A stretch of DNA of 54,665 nt, counting the filler, from Catajapyx aquilonaris (Eukaryota): NCBI GenBank assembly GCA_000934665.2. It is 2 parts of 2 records of this genome, joined end to end, with 100 filler letters (N's around TTAATTAATTAA, not from the genome) between each part and the next. Parts side by side here need not be neighbours in the genome. Positions count along the whole stretch, not along the records: positions 27,379 to 54,665 come from JYFJ02005078.1; 1 more part is not named here. One strand, 5' to 3'. Under the pieces are notes generated by a model. The model made no database searches, had not been told where the DNA came from, and saw only the letters and a program-made list of their open reading frames with translations. This document shows positions 51,540-54,665 of this stretch, piece by piece (position 1 is the first letter of the stretch; every line of letters starts with the position of its first letter). The position numbers and the translations under genes are program-made.

Positions 51540-52589
51540 AAAGTGTAAGTAATGCAACACACTTGTATCACTTGTATCCCCAGGAATCCATGATATTCAG
51601 GAACTGTTATGGGATCCCAGTTCTTCATCTTTTTTCTCTTCTTCCCATCCATACCGTCTTGCGTTGCACACAGGTTTGTCTGTTCAACCAGCTGCGTCAT
51701 GACTTTGTCATCTAAGAACATATGAAACAGTTCGAGTGGTTTCAACTCTCCATAGTTCTTGTTTGCCTATTGCCACCAGTAAATGGAATGTGTTCATTTT
51801 GGTTTATGAAGCTGGTTGTTTTTGTCCATGTCCATCCAGGTGCTCCTTGAGGCTGCTGCACTGGACCATGTCCATCCAGATGCTCCTCCATTAGGCTGCT
51901 GCGTTGGATCATGCCCTGTTGCACCACCACGTCTGGACTTGGGTGCAGAACCTGGACACGGGGCATCTTGCCTGGTAGTGCGGTGTTTTTTTAAAGCCCG
52001 TCAATCAAATTGCTTGCATTATAATTTATTTTGCATAGTTGAACATTGCAACATTGTGATATAATATTGTAAAACTATGCTATGTGTGACGGCTAGTTTC
52101 ACCGAGCCAGTTTTATTATAAATCCTTAGTTTTGATTGTTGTCAACAATGATTGCTATGGCAATTCTTGAGCGAGCCCAGGTTGGTGAAACGAGCCCCGA
52201 GTGTCTGTCCCATAATGCAGTTAGCATTAGCAGAAATTAATATATCCATGTACACAGTATATCTATTTATCTTACCTGGAGGTTGATGGCTGAGGACTTG
52301 GACTACGTCTTGCCATTACCTCTTGTCCATCACTCTCCTCCTCCATATCTTCCACATCTCCTTCAACCTTCTCTGCCATGCCTTCCACACCTCCGTCACC
52401 CTCTTCTCCACCATCAATCTCATCAATTAGCTCCGTATCATGCAACAGCAATGAGCCCATTTCCGCAGGTTCCAGCACTTCAAATTCAATCTGCCCTGAT
52501 AGGTCCTGGTCTTCACCATCTGATTCCCTGGGATCATCCTCTTCCAGAAGGTCCGCAGTGTCACACTCCAAGAGGTTGGGGAATGCCAT
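51540..52589 (-). mobile_element. piggyBac (PGBD4-like) transposase 5' part, probably with an intron
   Basis: PLELFHMFLDDKVMTQLVEQTNLCATQ...W.PITVPEYHGFLGI at 51550-51745. The acidic segment 52276-52589 ends at CAG|GTAAG and fits an N-terminal exon (linkage inferred). Confidence 0.7.
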
Positions 52590-52614
52590 GGTGATGACTA
52601 CTGACTGGACACTG

Positions 52615-52856
52615 TACTGCTCTGGAGCCAGATCCCGGAGGAACTCCAACAGCGTATATGGACCTGGTCGCGCGTGAAGCGGCCAGGATTTCCATCGAGG
52701 TCAATGCCAGGAAGACAGTAACTCGACATCTATCTGCTGGCAGCAGGACACCCGCGGGTCCCCGGCCCACCATCTTTAGTCTCGGGGAGCAGCCGGTACT
52801 ACACTTGTCCGAGGGGGAGTCCACCAGATTCCTCGGGCGCACAGTGGCGTTTCATG
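52615..52856 (+). mobile_element. R2-group (NeSL/Utopia-like) RT fragment
   Basis: PEELQQ/DLVAREAARISIEVNARKTVTRHL...GPRPTIFSLGEQPVLHLSEGESTRFLG corresponds to RT domains 6-7. Confidence 0.7.
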
Positions 52857-53064
52857 GAGTTGAACCTGTTTTAATTTTGAATAACTTCAACATGGGCCCG
52901 GAAGGAGGGATCCACCTGATATGACCACGCCCTGAACATCTAGATGAACCAGGTGACCTCGATGACCCAGTAACCGACTCCAAGTGATCGTTCCGACTCA
53001 GATGGGGTGCCGACCATCTTGGACAAATACGGCGAGAGTAAGGAATGGCACGAACAACGCACAC

Positions 53065-53270
53065 TTTATACCAGTCCCCGTGTACCAGTCCTTCCTCATC
53101 CGTATCACAAACTAGCTGGCAAAGTGCTGGAATCAGCAAAGAGCTGATGGTGTCAAAAGTAGGAGATGGGTTGGTGTTACGGCACATTTTCGATATCGTC
53201 TGGGCGATATTTCGCACGTTGGGAATTGTAGGGCTGCGCTTGATGAGTTCCAAAAGAGACTGTATCACAG
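53065..53270 (-). pseudogene. Importin-alpha (karyopherin alpha) ARM-repeat fragment
   Basis: VIQSLLELI...VRNIAQTISKMCRNTNPSPTFDTISSLLIPALCQLVCDTDEEGLV matches PLL.L....RN.TW.LSNLCRNKNP.P......LP.L..L....D. Confidence 0.75.
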
Positions 53271-54300
53271 GTCGTCTGAGATGAATGTTAGGGCAGAGCC
53301 TGCCTGATCGGCGACCCGTGGATGACTCGAGCTCAGTAGGGTCACTAGTTTTGGGACAGCCCAATATAATATAATATATAATATACATATAATTATGGCA
53401 TTAGCTTTATGTGCACTTGATTTATATATGCTTTTGCTTGGAAACCACTTTCGGATATATCCGGGTCTGCTTGAAAGGGCAATTTTCCCATGGCTCGCAT
53501 TCGGTGTATGTCTGGTTTCACTTGCAACTCAATGTCAATAGAAAGGCATTGGATGGAGCATGCCTCCAGTGTAGCCAGATTATTTTCGACCCGAAGTGGA
53601 TTTATCTGGATTTGCTGGCAAGCTCCTCCCTTCGACCCGCCCACTCCCCCATTTTTGGGGAGAGGGCATATATACCAGTCCGTGTACCAATCCTTCCTCA
53701 CCACCCACCTTCCTCCTCTCCTGCTAATTAGTCCCTTCCTGTCCAGCTCACGCTTTCCTCTCCACGGCCGCTTGAAGAAAGAGATTCTACTAGTATGGCT
53801 GGTTCACGAGGCATACTAGAAGCTTTTCTGACGTCCGCTCCACCCTCCCTCTTCCCTTCTCAGAACTGTGACGTACCCACGGCCATTCCCTGCGGGCACG
53901 TCCTTTTTCTTATGGAAAAGTGGGGAGTCAGCCTGCATTTGAAATCTTGAATCAAATGTAAAATCGTCTCTATGTTTTTGAGCGATATAGTACCATTAAA
54001 TGCAACACACACTCGAACACACAGCTCTGTATCTTTCTTAATGAATCACACTGTAGAGCAGTACAACAAGGAAGAAGATTGTCGCACCAGTGTCAAAATG
54101 TGCATAAATGCACCACAAATTACAGGTCACATTTTAATGGCGTAAGTTACAGATTGTTTCTGGTTATGGAAACACAATTTCCTCCTAAAGACCTAAACTA
54201 AACCACACCCTGGCATGATACTGATGTAAATGTGTAAATGTGAAGGAACAATGTATTTTGTCGTCCACGACCAGGTACGTAATGAGCTTCAATCAGCAAA

Positions 54301-54555
54301 AAACTAAAAAATAGGAAAGCAGCCGGGCCAGACCATATCCCAAATGAACTTTTCAAAGTAGGAGCGGAATGCCTCACAAACGAAATATTAAACCTTTATA
54401 ATAAGATTTTAGATACCGGAGATATCCCCCACAGTTGGGCAGAAATAACAAATATACCGATATTTAAAAATGGAGACCCGACCGCCCCATTAAACTACAT
54501 GCCCATTTCCTTGGTAAATGTAATCTTAAAACTATTCACTTCTATACTGGCCAAA
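54301..54555 (+). mobile_element. LINE ORF2 RT N-terminal fragment
   Basis: Open frame without an upstream start: KLKNRKAAGPDHIPNELFK...IPHSW...PIFKNGD...NYMPISLVNVILKLFTSIL. Confidence 0.9.
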
Positions 54556-54665
54556 GAATCGCCGCATGCGAGGGGTCCGCCATTCGAAGATTTTTTGTAC
54601 GAGATTCAATGAATCGCCTGATTCAACACTGATTCATTGATTCAGATAGTGATTCACAGATTCAA

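Noticed and set aside
1..54665. ZF cluster and piRNA-like locus as one linked defence island
   Set aside because: Separated by an artificial spacer; linkage is not shown.

Overview
Eukaryotic, arthropod-like genomic DNA. The window holds two contigs joined by an artificial 100-bp spacer (44 N + TTAATTAATTAA + 44 N, 27279-27378), so the halves are not shown to be linked. Left half (1-27278): a tandem cluster of minus-strand C2H2 zinc-finger genes. Three are two-exon genes (9, 19 and 12 fingers) sharing an acidic, psiKxE-rich first exon that is neither KRAB nor ZAD. Two further finger arrays are broken. Introns and spacers are packed with MITEs, foldback elements, Helitrons, a SINE and a truncated LINE. 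Right half (27379-54665): no intact gene was recognised. It is a dense mosaic of mostly short (about 100-900 bp) decayed pieces of many TE superfamilies (Sola2-like, hAT, piggyBac, Harbinger, P, Tc5/pogo, gypsy-like, LINE, NeSL/Utopia-like), plus host-gene fragments (kinesin-73/KIF13, importin-alpha). Most pieces lie on the minus strand and are interleaved with recurring degenerate scaffold sequences carrying plus-strand intron-like signals. This is the layout expected of a uni-strand piRNA-cluster-like locus (inference). All family assignments come from reading motifs by eye; no searches were run.
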